The notes under the pieces were generated by a model. The model did no database searches. It saw only the letters and a program-made list of their open reading frames with translations, and was not told where the DNA came from. Of a stretch of DNA of 64,000 nucleotides, positions 1-8,775 are shown one piece after another. Within the stretch, counting starts at the first letter, position 1. The number at the start of each line of letters is the position of its first letter. Source of the stretch: an uncultured archaeon (GTDB lineage: Archaea > Thermoproteota > Bathyarchaeia > Bathyarchaeales > Bathycorpusculaceae); the NCBI GenBank assembly GCA_963782915.1, contig CAWALK010000020.1, positions 390,487-454,486 of the forward strand. Reading direction: 5' to 3'. Both the position numbers and the translations under genes were made by a program.

Positions 1-68
1 AGTAGCATGCCAAGCAGGAGAACTTCAATCTCAGACGTAATGTAGACCTTTCTACATCAACCCTTTTT

Positions 69-554
69 TTATTCGAGAGTTTTTATGTAGTCCCAGATTT
101 TGTCGCTCACAAAATGCAGCGTTTTAACAACAGGGCCTTTCTTGGTAGTTCTAGCGGTGGCTGAATCCATCAAAACCTCGCCTATAGCCAACGCTTTACC
201 ATGCTTCATATCAACAACTAACGCTAAATCGCCAGTTGCAAACTCGCCTTCATAACGCACGATGCCCGGAGCCATAACGGTTGCGCCCTTACAAACATAG
301 GGGATAGCGCCCATGTCTACAACGATTTTTGGTGCCTTCGAAATAAATTCATCGAAGAGCAGCGTTGGCAGGACACGGTTGCCTGACTTGAAAAGCAGTG
401 GTTTGCCGCCGATGAGGTAGATTTCGCCAACATCAGATTCGACAACTTCTACGGTTGCCTCCTTGTCAAAACTGAGTTTTAATGTCTGGTTGGTTTCCTC
501 TATGATTTGTTTTGCTTCTTTGGCTTTTAGGGGGTATCTGCGTTGGGTGGGCAT
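69..554 (-). CDS. PUA-domain RNA-binding protein (DUF1947 + PUA, archaeal)
   Basis: C-terminal PUA signature IVVDMGAIPYVCKGATVMAPGIV...ALAIG; ends LHFVSDKIWD. Confidence 0.9.
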   Translation of the reverse strand: MPTQRRYPLKAKEAKQIIEETNQTLKLSFDKEATVEVVESDVGEIYLIGGKPLLFKSGNRVLPTLLFDEFISKAPKIVVDMGAIPYVCKGATVMAPGIVRYEGEFATGDLALVVDMKHGKALAIGEVLMDSATARTTKKGPVVKTLHFVSDKIWDYIKTLE

Positions 555-1204
555 GGTTTATCTTCCGTAATGGGTTCTTCGCTGGGCTTATATTCTTTTT
601 CTTGAGTTCCATCGGGTTTGCGGTGGAGATATTTCTTCATCAACTTATCCACATCCACCTTTAACAGAACTACTGTGATAACAACCGTTAGAATAATCGA
701 TACCACAATCGATACTATGAACGTAGTTTCAGGCGTTAAACCAAACCATGTTTCCAGGGTATTTCCTGCCCAACCGCCTAAAAAGACACCTATAATCGTG
801 ATCAAGAGTTTGCCAAAGAAGTAGGCTGTGAAAAACTTTACAGGACTATACTTCATCAACCCTAACGGTATAACTATGGGTTCATCAGGAATGGGTGTGG
901 CAGCCGCTAAAAACAATAGTGGAAATGCCCATCGATGAATTTTTTGGGCATCAGCGTTTAGTCTTGCCTGCCGTTTTTGGCTAAGGTGTCCACTGACAAA
1001 GAAGGTTACCATGTAATGGATTCCTTTTGCCATCGCGGCAGCGAGCGCTATTAAAAACCCAGCAATTACCAATACCGCAGGATCAGGGTTTCCTAAACCA
1101 ATTGCAGCCGTGGAGGCAATGAGTAAGTTTGAGGGTCCAGCGAATGGGATAAGGTTGAATGCAAATGCGGTTGCGAAGATTATTAGGAAATCAATTGGTA
1201 ATGC
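527..1204 (-). CDS. DedA/VTT (SNARE-associated) family membrane protein
   Basis: Multiple TM segments; motif AATPIPDEPIVIPLGLMKY...FFGK. Start set at MALPIDF (1204); the ORF track starts at 1234. Confidence 0.8.
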   Translation of the reverse strand, partial: ALPIDFLIIFATAFAFNLIPFAGPSNLLIASTAAIGLGNPDPAVLVIAGFLIALAAAMAKGIHYMVTFFVSGHLSQKRQARLNADAQKIHRWAFPLLFLAAATPIPDEPIVIPLGLMKYSPVKFFTAYFFGKLLITIIGVFLGGWAGNTLETWFGLTPETTFIVSIVVSIILTVVITVVLLKVDVDKLMKKYLHRKPDGTQEKEYKPSEEPITEDKPCPPNADTP

Positions 1205-1627
1205 CATTGCTAAGGAACCACGTTCTCTCTTCAAGATTTAGTGCACGCCGCGCTTATAAGTGCAAGCTAAAAGTAATCCTGAATTTTCTTGGTCAATCTT
1301 CCTTTGGGCATTTAGAAGTTAGTGGATTGCTTGGATTTTAAGTGCAGAATAATGTTTTGTTCCGCATTCTGTTTTGGGGCATCCTTCGCAACTGTTAAAG
1401 TTGACTTTTTGGCATGGGATTGTATAGGTTCTGTCCATTTGTTATTGTTCCCTCCCATTAATGTTTCGTACGTCTCAATATACAGACGATTATGCTTAAA
1501 AGACTTGTGAAGTAGCAATATTATCTAAAGGGAATTCATCCATTACCTGTTTCATCCAGTCCTTGAGATAGGTTTAAATGGAGAGAGTTAAAGTATAGAA
1601 GAGATAAAGATACTTGAGGATTCCAAT

Positions 1628-1855
1628 ATGAGCGAAATGACAACCGAGATCCTTGAACAAAACCTCAGTAAAATAGTACTTGTTCGCCTAAAAGGCGGCA
1701 AGAGCCTCAGAGGTAGACTCAAGGGATTCGACCAACACTTAAATCTAGTCTTAGAAGAGACTGAAGACACTACCGTCGTTGAAAACCAAAAGAAGTTAGG
1801 GCTAATTATCGTTCGCGGAGACAACGTAGTCCTTATTTCACCCCCACCCCGGTGA
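1628..1855 (+). CDS. Sm-like archaeal protein (Lsm/SmAP)
   Basis: Sm1 motif GRLKGFDQHLNLVL and Sm2 motif IVRGDNVVLISP; adjacent to rpl37e as is usual in archaea. Confidence 0.97.
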   Translation: MSEMTTEILEQNLSKIVLVRLKGGKSLRGRLKGFDQHLNLVLEETEDTTVVENQKKLGLIIVRGDNVVLISPPPR

Positions 1856-1861
1856 GTGTAG

Positions 1862-2050
1862 ATGGGAAAAGGTACTCCATCAATGGGCAAGCGCCAAGGC
1901 AAAGTAGTCCACATTATGTGTAGACGTTGCGGTAGACGTTCTTATCACGTTCGCAACCATCGTTGTGGAGCCTGTGGTTTTGGTGAACAGAAGACCATGA
2001 GGCGCTATACTTGGCGAACGAAGACTCTTCAGAGGCAAAGAGTCTGCTAA
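1862..2050 (+). CDS. rpl37e: 50S ribosomal protein L37e
   Basis: MGKGTPSMGKR...HIMCRRCGRRSYH...CGACGFG zinc finger. Confidence 0.98.
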   Translation: MGKGTPSMGKRQGKVVHIMCRRCGRRSYHVRNHRCGACGFGEQKTMRRYTWRTKTLQRQRVC

Positions 2051-2146
2051 ATAGCCAAAATTAATTTCTTTTAATTTTATTAATTTAGCTTTTAAAGCCT
2101 AATTTTACTTTTCTAAGCAGCTATTTTCTTCGCAATAGATAATGCT

Positions 2147-2288
2147 CTGTGCTGTTCTGGCTGCGGTTTATTATACAAGCATATTGTAACCCAAAACAGA
2201 CGCGGCAACCAAAAAGCAATAGCACCGCAAAGTCCGCTGGTAGATGATGAGCATAGTGGGTCTAGCCATTATCTACCCCTAGAAAACC
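2147..2288 (+). repeat. Dispersed ~140-bp intergenic repeat, copy A (variant hairpin)
   Basis: CTGTGCTGTTCTGGCTGCGGTTTATT...GCAAAGTCCGCTGG aligns to copies C and D; hairpin GGTAGATGATG (2239-2249) pairs with CATTATCTACC (2267-2277). Confidence 0.8.
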
Positions 2289-2494
2289 AACCTCCAACAC
2301 AGCCTCAAACCAACCAAACGATTCCAGTCTGAAAACAACTGTAAACAAAACCCCAATAGAACCCAACAAACCCCTAACCACCTAAACAAAAAGATTGCAC
2401 TCATACAATCCCCAAGCACCCAGCTAGGCAGTTGTGTGTCTATAAATAAGGGAGGGGGTAGGTGCTCTGAGGTAGGTAGGTCCTGTTAAGTCTA

Positions 2495-2635
2495 AAACTG
2501 AACTGCTTGCGTAAAACGCTACAACCAACCTGCAACCCAAACCAAACGCACAACACCAAACGCATTGCGCAATAAAGTCCGTTGGTTGTTGTTGTGTATA
2601 AGGGTTTTTCGGCAACAACAACTATAGAAAAAACC
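2495..2635 (+). repeat. Dispersed ~140-bp intergenic repeat, copy B
   Basis: CTGCTTGCG...CAACCAACCTGCAACC...AAAGTCCGTTGG, then hairpin GGTTGTTGTTG (2584-2594) / CAACAACAACT (2613-2623), then ATAGAAAAA. Confidence 0.8.
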
Positions 2636-2642
2636 GACTAGA

Positions 2643-3266
2643 TCACTGTTTAGGATAAGTGGTGCTATTTTTGTGCTGTTTAAACATGTTAACCAAATAC
2701 ACCCACAAAACAAACCCAATAGTATTAGCAGCAATCATCGAAAAGTAAATAGTATCAACAATATGCACTGCAGTGCTAAATGGCGAAACAAGCACTAAAA
2801 TCAAACCCATAGCCATAGACTCCAAAACAAACCCCATCGCAGCCGCTTTTAGAAGATACCATTTTCCAGTAATTCTGGAAGCGAGCAAACCCGCGATTAA
2901 CCCAATCAGAATCGTTGACACCGCACAGGGAATCGCAGTCAATCCTCCATAGAGATACCGATGGACGCCGCCGATTAATCCTGCCACAACTCCGCCGATG
3001 GGTCCAGCGGCTGCTCCGGCAATCATGGTTGCAAATTCCCGGACGTTAATGACTATGCCGCCTTCTAACTTCATGCCCCAAAGCGTTCCAAAAATCGCCA
3101 AGACACCCAACACGACACCGAATAAAACCTTGGCTAAGATGCCCTTTTTGGGTCCTTGGAGTTTGTTTAATGTTAAGCCTGAAGCGATGAGTGCTACAAC
3201 AATCATGGTGCATGCGGTGCCTAAAAGACCCAGAACGCTTGCCAAATTTTCAGTTAAGGGAACCAT
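2643..3266 (-). CDS. Stand-alone LytS/YhcK-type 5TM receptor (5TM-5TMR_LYT) domain protein
   Basis: IFGT...INVRE...AGAAAGPIGGVVAGLIGGVHRY...C..STIL.G pattern typical of the LytS sensor membrane domain; no kinase domain follows. Confidence 0.85.
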   Translation of the reverse strand: MVPLTENLASVLGLLGTACTMIVVALIASGLTLNKLQGPKKGILAKVLFGVVLGVLAIFGTLWGMKLEGGIVINVREFATMIAGAAAGPIGGVVAGLIGGVHRYLYGGLTAIPCAVSTILIGLIAGLLASRITGKWYLLKAAAMGFVLESMAMGLILVLVSPFSTAVHIVDTIYFSMIAANTIGFVLWVYLVNMFKQHKNSTTYPKQ

Positions 3267-3306
3267 GTATGGTCGCCCTCCTTTTTCTTAGGGTATGCAT
3301 AAGAAT

Positions 3307-4182
3307 TTATGGGTTGAGTGCATGCCAAATAACCAAGCGCCACTCCGTATCATATATCCCAATAGTTATCCAGTATGCTTCTTTGGCTACAACTTGGTTT
3401 TGGGTTTGATCAAGATTTTTAACGTAGTATTTGTAGCTGCCAAAACCGGATTGCTGCTCAGAAACTTGCCGCGCGAAGGCTTGCACTTCCGGGTACTCTG
3501 CGTATATTGGGTCGGTGAGCAGGTTTTTGCCTTGCTGTGCTGGGTCTGGGTCATAGATGAGGGTGCCGTTTGCTTGCATAGCCCACATAGCGTACTGCAC
3601 TGCATCGCCGGAGCCAGACGCGATTGATTGGTTAATCAAAGCGCTGGGTTGAATAACGATGCTTATTGAACCCATGAATTTGTTGCCGCTGTCAAAAATG
3701 GGTGCTGCCATGACTGCGCCGGGAAAACCTTCTACCAGCGGAATCATGTTGCTCATGGCTGGCATCATGGTTTCATGAACGCTGATGATGTGTTCTTGCA
3801 TGCTAATGTCTTCTCCGACAATGCTGCTGTAGCTGCTGGGTTGAGTTGCAACCAAAATGCCTTTCACATCTACTGAAGAGGCGCTAACTATGAGCGAGCT
3901 GTTAGCGGCAAGGTCACTTAGAACGGTTTCTGCTTGGGTGCCTGTTAATCCAGCTGCAGAAAGTTTTTGGCATGCGGACCTTAAGGCACTGTCGAGTGAT
4001 GCAAGTTTACTGTTTATGTTGTTTTGGGTGTGCATAAGTTGGCTAACCATTTCTTGTTTTACGGTTGATTCCTGATTCTGTTGGGTAGCTGAGAGGGTTG
4101 TGTTATATTGGTAAATATTGAAACCCAACGATACAACCATGACGACGATTAGGGCGAAAATTACTAGTTTGGATTTAGCCAT
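3307..4182 (-). CDS. Membrane-anchored Cache-domain protein (no cytoplasmic output)
   Basis: N-terminal TM; LVEGFPG..MAAPIF...FMGSISI, NGTLIYDPD, and terminal YW..IGIY.TEWRLVI typical of double-Cache domains. Confidence 0.8.
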   Translation of the reverse strand: MAKSKLVIFALIVVMVVSLGFNIYQYNTTLSATQQNQESTVKQEMVSQLMHTQNNINSKLASLDSALRSACQKLSAAGLTGTQAETVLSDLAANSSLIVSASSVDVKGILVATQPSSYSSIVGEDISMQEHIISVHETMMPAMSNMIPLVEGFPGAVMAAPIFDSGNKFMGSISIVIQPSALINQSIASGSGDAVQYAMWAMQANGTLIYDPDPAQQGKNLLTDPIYAEYPEVQAFARQVSEQQSGFGSYKYYVKNLDQTQNQVVAKEAYWITIGIYDTEWRLVIWHALNP

Positions 4183-4263
4183 ATCTCATCTGCTACCTTT
4201 TCGATAAATCAGGTTTTAAGCGTTACGTACGCTTACTAAACAAAAGAAAGAGAATAATTAGGT

Positions 4264-5121
4264 TTAGAGGGTGCGCGCGATAACTAGGCGCCAATCAGTG
4301 TTATAGATGCCAATAGTTGTCCAGTACCCATCCTTGTTAACAAGAGGTCTTCCCTGCGCAAGATCATCATAGTAGCTGTATGTGCCGTATCCTGACTGTG
4401 TATCTACAACTTGGTGGATGAATGTTTGGAGTTCCGTGTAGCCTTGATATTCTTGGTCGGTGAAGATGTTTTTGCCCTGTTCTCCGCTGTTGGCGTCGTT
4501 GGCATCATAGATTAATGTGCCATTGCTTTGCAATGCATAGATGGTGTAGGTGCCTTTGGTTGAGTCTTTAACGATTGGGTGTATCACTTGGTAGGGTTGG
4601 AAAACGATGCTTAGTGAGCCGATGAATTGTTCGTTTGGGTTGAAAATCGGCGAAACCATGACTATTCCGGGGAATCCTTCTACAAGTGGGATGAGGTTGC
4701 TGAGTGCGGGTCGCATGGTTTTGTGCATTTGCAAATTCTGTTCTTGGTTCTTGATGTCTTGGCCTATGATGCTGCTGTAGTTACTGGGTTGCACTGCTAA
4801 TAGAATGTCGTTTTGGTCTGCTGTTGCAGCATTGACTATTACTGATGGGTTGTTCGTGTAGAGGTCACTTAAGATTTTGTCCGCTTGTGAACCCGTTAAG
4901 CCAGCGGTGGATAACTGTTGGCATGCCGTTAAGAGGATGCCGTCTAGCCTTAAAAGTTCCGCATTAATCTCGGCTGCGTCATGAATAAGGATCTGAGCCA
5001 TTTCTTCTTTATCACTCTGCTTTGAAACAGCAAGGTTGCTGCTCCATTGGTAACCATTGAATGCTAACGAGGCGACAACGATCACGATTAAGGAGGCAAC
5101 TATTAGTTTGGTTTTAGCCAT
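4264..5121 (-). CDS. Membrane-anchored Cache-domain protein, tandem paralog
   Basis: Clear similarity to 3307-4182 (IPLVEGFPG, NGTLIYD, GKN, IGIY.T.WRLVI). Confidence 0.8.
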   Translation of the reverse strand: MAKTKLIVASLIVIVVASLAFNGYQWSSNLAVSKQSDKEEMAQILIHDAAEINAELLRLDGILLTACQQLSTAGLTGSQADKILSDLYTNNPSVIVNAATADQNDILLAVQPSNYSSIIGQDIKNQEQNLQMHKTMRPALSNLIPLVEGFPGIVMVSPIFNPNEQFIGSLSIVFQPYQVIHPIVKDSTKGTYTIYALQSNGTLIYDANDANSGEQGKNIFTDQEYQGYTELQTFIHQVVDTQSGYGTYSYYDDLAQGRPLVNKDGYWTTIGIYNTDWRLVIARTL

Positions 5122-5220
5122 TTTTCATCGAGAATAATGTTCATATGGTTTTGGTTTTAAGCCTTGTTACGCTGGCAAAGCAGACTGGTTGGCGATAACA
5201 AGAAAAAGAAAGATATAGGA

Positions 5221-5971
5221 TTACTTGAGGTAATCCACCGTAGAAGTCACAGACTTCACAACAGCAGTCGCGTTCTGTTCTAGGATGAATTCGCTTAAGC
5301 CAATATGTGTTGTTGAGTCGCCCCAATCGTAGGTGTAGCCAAGGCGTGTCCAGGGATACTTCATTGGAGTAGTATGAGCTGATTATGTTGCTGTTGAACC
5401 ATTCTTTGTAGTCAGAGGTTGCGTTAGCGGGGAAATTCAGTGATGCGGTTGTGTCGGTGATTTCGTTGTCCGGTGCTGGTCGGAAAAGCGATTGTGGCTT
5501 AACCCAAAGCTCTACGAAATAGGTGTTTGTGGTGTTTGCGGGTAAACCCAGTAGTTGCGCTGCCCGAATTGTATAGTTGGCGTCTGATGCAACGTGGTTT
5601 TGGAAGAAAGTTTGCATTTCCGGCGCTGCAGTTACCCATGTGTTGCCCCAACTGATTGTGATGTTTTCTCCGACTGGGTAGCTGTTGATGTATTTTGTCC
5701 ATGCGACGACTAGGACGGTTGCGTTTTCGCCTTCGCCCTGCCAAATCAAATTGCTATTGTTTAGGGTTATGGGTGTTAGGTTAGTGGTGATTTCGCTTTC
5801 TTTAGCTACCATTGCATCTTCGATGGCTGCTTGGTATTTCTGGTCGAGTGTTGGCGGCGGTGCAAAAGCCGGAGCGATTACCGCTGTGTAGAGGGTGGAT
5901 ATTCCAAGTGTAACGATTATGCCTATTACAAAGAAAACAACGATTACTGTGCGGTCTTTCATTTTGCCCAT
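5221..5971 (-). CDS. Membrane-anchored/secreted conserved hypothetical protein (frameshift near 5365)
   Basis: N-terminal TM, many N-x-S/T sequons, QLLGLP and LFRPA motifs; a shifted frame continues YPWTRLGYTYDWG...GLSEF...DYLK* ending at 5221. Confidence 0.7.
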
Positions 5972-6064
5972 CTTCTATTAAGCATACGATTAAGCGCTTT
6001 AGCCTAATAAAAAAATCGCAAAAGCTAGTTGGGCAAAAATTGGAAAAAGAAGTAGAGATAGGGT

Positions 6065-6709
6065 TTATTCGGCTGCTGTATCGTAGTAGCCTTTATCCAC
6101 TTTAACAAAAATCAGTGGACCACGGCTTTGTGCCATCTCTCTTGCTTTTCTTAGAGTATTGTTGAGTGTGGTGAAGACTTTTTCTTTCTCGTCAGCTAAG
6201 CCTTGAATGCTTTTTTCTCCTAACTCCATTTTTAGGAGGTTTTCTGCTAGGATTTCTGTGCCGCATACTTCGCCGTTTTTGATTAAGGTTGATATTACGA
6301 TTTCTTGGAGTTCCTGTTTATGCTCGAGTTTGCGCCATAATGGTTCTGCGTCGGTGACTGATTTGGTCATTTTGTTCCATTTGCTTGCGCTTTGGTTGCC
6401 GATGAGCAGTTTTACTCTTTGCTTCCATTTCTTAAACCAAATGTTGCACCAAACCGTTAGGAATGCGTCTAATTCGTCGGCGTCTTCTCTGAAAAGCACT
6501 TCCAGTTTATCGACGACTTCGCATTGGTTTGCCTCTTTGCCAATAAGGTTCCAATGGAATTTAAGGTAATTAGTAAAGTCTTGACAAGCCACCTGCAAGA
6601 CCTTTCGATCCGAACCCATCACATCTAATGCGGAGTCCGCATCTTTGAGTTTCTCCCCTATCATTATCTCCACGAAGTTCATTATGATTCCCGCTGAAGC
6701 CCTCTCCAT
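6065..6709 (-). CDS. Hypothetical protein (helical, Trp-rich middle)
   Basis: 214-aa ORF with coding-like composition; no recognised motif. Confidence 0.65.
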   Translation of the reverse strand: MERASAGIIMNFVEIMIGEKLKDADSALDVMGSDRKVLQVACQDFTNYLKFHWNLIGKEANQCEVVDKLEVLFREDADELDAFLTVWCNIWFKKWKQRVKLLIGNQSASKWNKMTKSVTDAEPLWRKLEHKQELQEIVISTLIKNGEVCGTEILAENLLKMELGEKSIQGLADEKEKVFTTLNNTLRKAREMAQSRGPLIFVKVDKGYYDTAAE

Positions 6710-6814
6710 CCTTCTGTAAGAATGAGGTTACAATTAAACCTTATTTTCAAAACCCAATATAACTGCCTGTGCAAAAACGCGCTATATTACGAGCTTCGAT
6801 ATACCAAACAAGCG

Positions 6815-7471
6815 CTATTCAACGTGTTCAGGAAGTGAATTCACGTTTGGCAGAACTAAATCGGGGTTTTCCTGTTCAAGTTCTTCTCTGCTGTAGAGTC
6901 CCGAGAGGAACCCAATTGTTTTTGCGCCTGCTGCTTTTCCTGCTCGTAAATCGTTGACGGAGTCGCCTGCCATTAAGCAGTCGCACATGTCAAGGTCTAG
7001 GGCTTCGACGCATCGGATTAAGCCTTCCGGGGCTGGCTTTGGTTTATCGCAGTCAAGTGATGTGACGATGTGGGTGAAGTATTTGGCTATGCCGTGTGTG
7101 TCGAGTTCTTTTTGCAGCACTGCGTTGGGGACATGGCGCATAGTAAATAGGGCGAGTTTTGCTTTTTTGGCTAAAAGCTCCAATGTAACTTCTACGTTTG
7201 GCATCAGCCTTGTCTCTTTCTCGGTGATGGAGTGGTAAGCATCAAGGTAGACCGGGAGAAACTCGTCTGTTGTGCCCAAAGTGATGTCTTCTAACGAGCG
7301 GCTTAACTCGAGTCTCTTTGGCAACTCAAGCATAACTGCATCGCTTGGCACAGGTTTGCCTACTGCGCGGAAAGCAATTTTGGCTGCTTCCAAATAAGCA
7401 ACTGTGGAATCCACTATGGTGCCGTCTAAATCGAGGAATATACCTTTGGCTTTGAACTTAATCTGCTGCAT
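6815..7471 (-). CDS. HAD-superfamily hydrolase (phosphoglycolate phosphatase-like)
   Basis: Motif I DLDGT, KPAP, motif IV GDSVNDLRAGKAAG. Confidence 0.92.
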   Translation of the reverse strand: MQQIKFKAKGIFLDLDGTIVDSTVAYLEAAKIAFRAVGKPVPSDAVMLELPKRLELSRSLEDITLGTTDEFLPVYLDAYHSITEKETRLMPNVEVTLELLAKKAKLALFTMRHVPNAVLQKELDTHGIAKYFTHIVTSLDCDKPKPAPEGLIRCVEALDLDMCDCLMAGDSVNDLRAGKAAGAKTIGFLSGLYSREELEQENPDLVLPNVNSLPEHVE

Positions 7472-7913
7472 TGCTGTCTGGTGTTGTGGGTGCTTTGTGT
7501 TTCTTTAAGGTTGCTCTGGGTTTGACGGATTTTTTGCCGAGGATTGGTTGAAGAGTTTGCCGCAACCATTGGCGCTAAAAGAAGGGTCTTATGTGATTTT
7601 TGCCTATCCCCCCTCTATTTATAGGCTCAACAAGTGTTGGGTTGGGCGTTTTGGTTGTCTGCATTCATTGGTTTAATGGTTAAGATAAGTTGCGTTTGTT
7701 GGAGAATTTGTCGGGTTTCTATGCGCCTGTTTTTGTACTCTATTGGCTTTGGCTGGTTTGGGGTTTGTTGCTGTGCCAAGACCTCCCTATCCCCTATTAA
7801 AAGAAGCCTTTGCTGCTCTGCCGACCCTCCCCCTCCCTTATATATAGAAACAATAGGGGCAGTTTGGGCTGGCGAAAACATCTCCGCCACTATGAGATAG
7901 CGGTATATTCCAA

Positions 7914-8390
7914 TCAAGGCGAAACCGTAGGCACAGGCACACTATTAGAGAAAATCATGACTTGTTCCAGCGCCAAATAAGCAATGAAGAAAATAATCAA
8001 ATGCTCAACGATTGGAATCAGCAACCGCAACCGATACATAGACTGGCTTCGGTTTGGTTTGCCATCAATTCTTGAATATAGCCAAGTTGCCGGCAACGTA
8101 AGGAAAAATGCGAAAAACATTCCATAATAAATCGTGAGAACCTCCGATAATTCCCCGTTGAAAAATCCGTAGTATACGAAAGCTATGATTTCGAAAACAA
8201 ACAAATTGCCGAAAAGGCACCAGCATAACTCTTTGATGTATCGGCGCCTGAATCTTCGCAAACCGCCAAGCTTCAAAGTTTCTGAGGGCGAAGGAATTAA
8301 ACTTACAAGAATCCAACTTACAACCAACGCAATGATTATTGTGGTAGTTACCCTGAAGAAGTAATTCACTTGAGCTAGATACGAAGGCAC
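7914..8390 (-). CDS. Hypothetical multi-pass membrane protein
   Basis: Four hydrophobic segments; frame stays open upstream to about 8510, so the true start is probably near 8548 across an indel. Confidence 0.55.
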   Translation of the reverse strand: MPSYLAQVNYFFRVTTTIIIALVVSWILVSLIPSPSETLKLGGLRRFRRRYIKELCWCLFGNLFVFEIIAFVYYGFFNGELSEVLTIYYGMFFAFFLTLPATWLYSRIDGKPNRSQSMYRLRLLIPIVEHLIIFFIAYLALEQVMIFSNSVPVPTVSP

Positions 8391-8775
8391 AGTTGAAGGG
8401 CACAGGTAAGCTACGTAGGAGAGTTCAGCGGTGGCTAAGACTGTGACTAGTAGAATGCATGCATCAAATACTCTGTCTACGTTTATTCGATTGGTGCTTT
8501 CTTCATTGCCTCAGTTTTGATGGGATCATTGGTTTGTCTCTTAGCCATTTAAAGGAGTTAGCGTTTAAGATTTGTTATCGATTAATTTAACATTGCCATG
8601 ACACTGAATTATTAGCAATGGAACGTGCAAATGGTCGGGTTATTCATTATAATACAGATTCGCATCGGAATAAGATGGCAGTCAACAAACCTTGACTACG
8701 AAAATAACTTTTAGTCCAGAAACGTTGACAAGAACGCTTATAACCCAACCGAAACAAAACTAAAAATGATCAAGA

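Noticed and set aside
2584-2623. (GTT)n/(AAC)n repeats as a CRISPR array
   Set aside because: The copies are dispersed and non-identical, with no regular repeat-spacer period and no cas genes.
7627-7917. ORFs 7627-7917 (-), 7634-7900 (+), 2424-2621, 23911-24102 and 24157-24381 as genes
   Set aside because: They overlie low-complexity, strand-skewed repeat modules and show no protein motifs.
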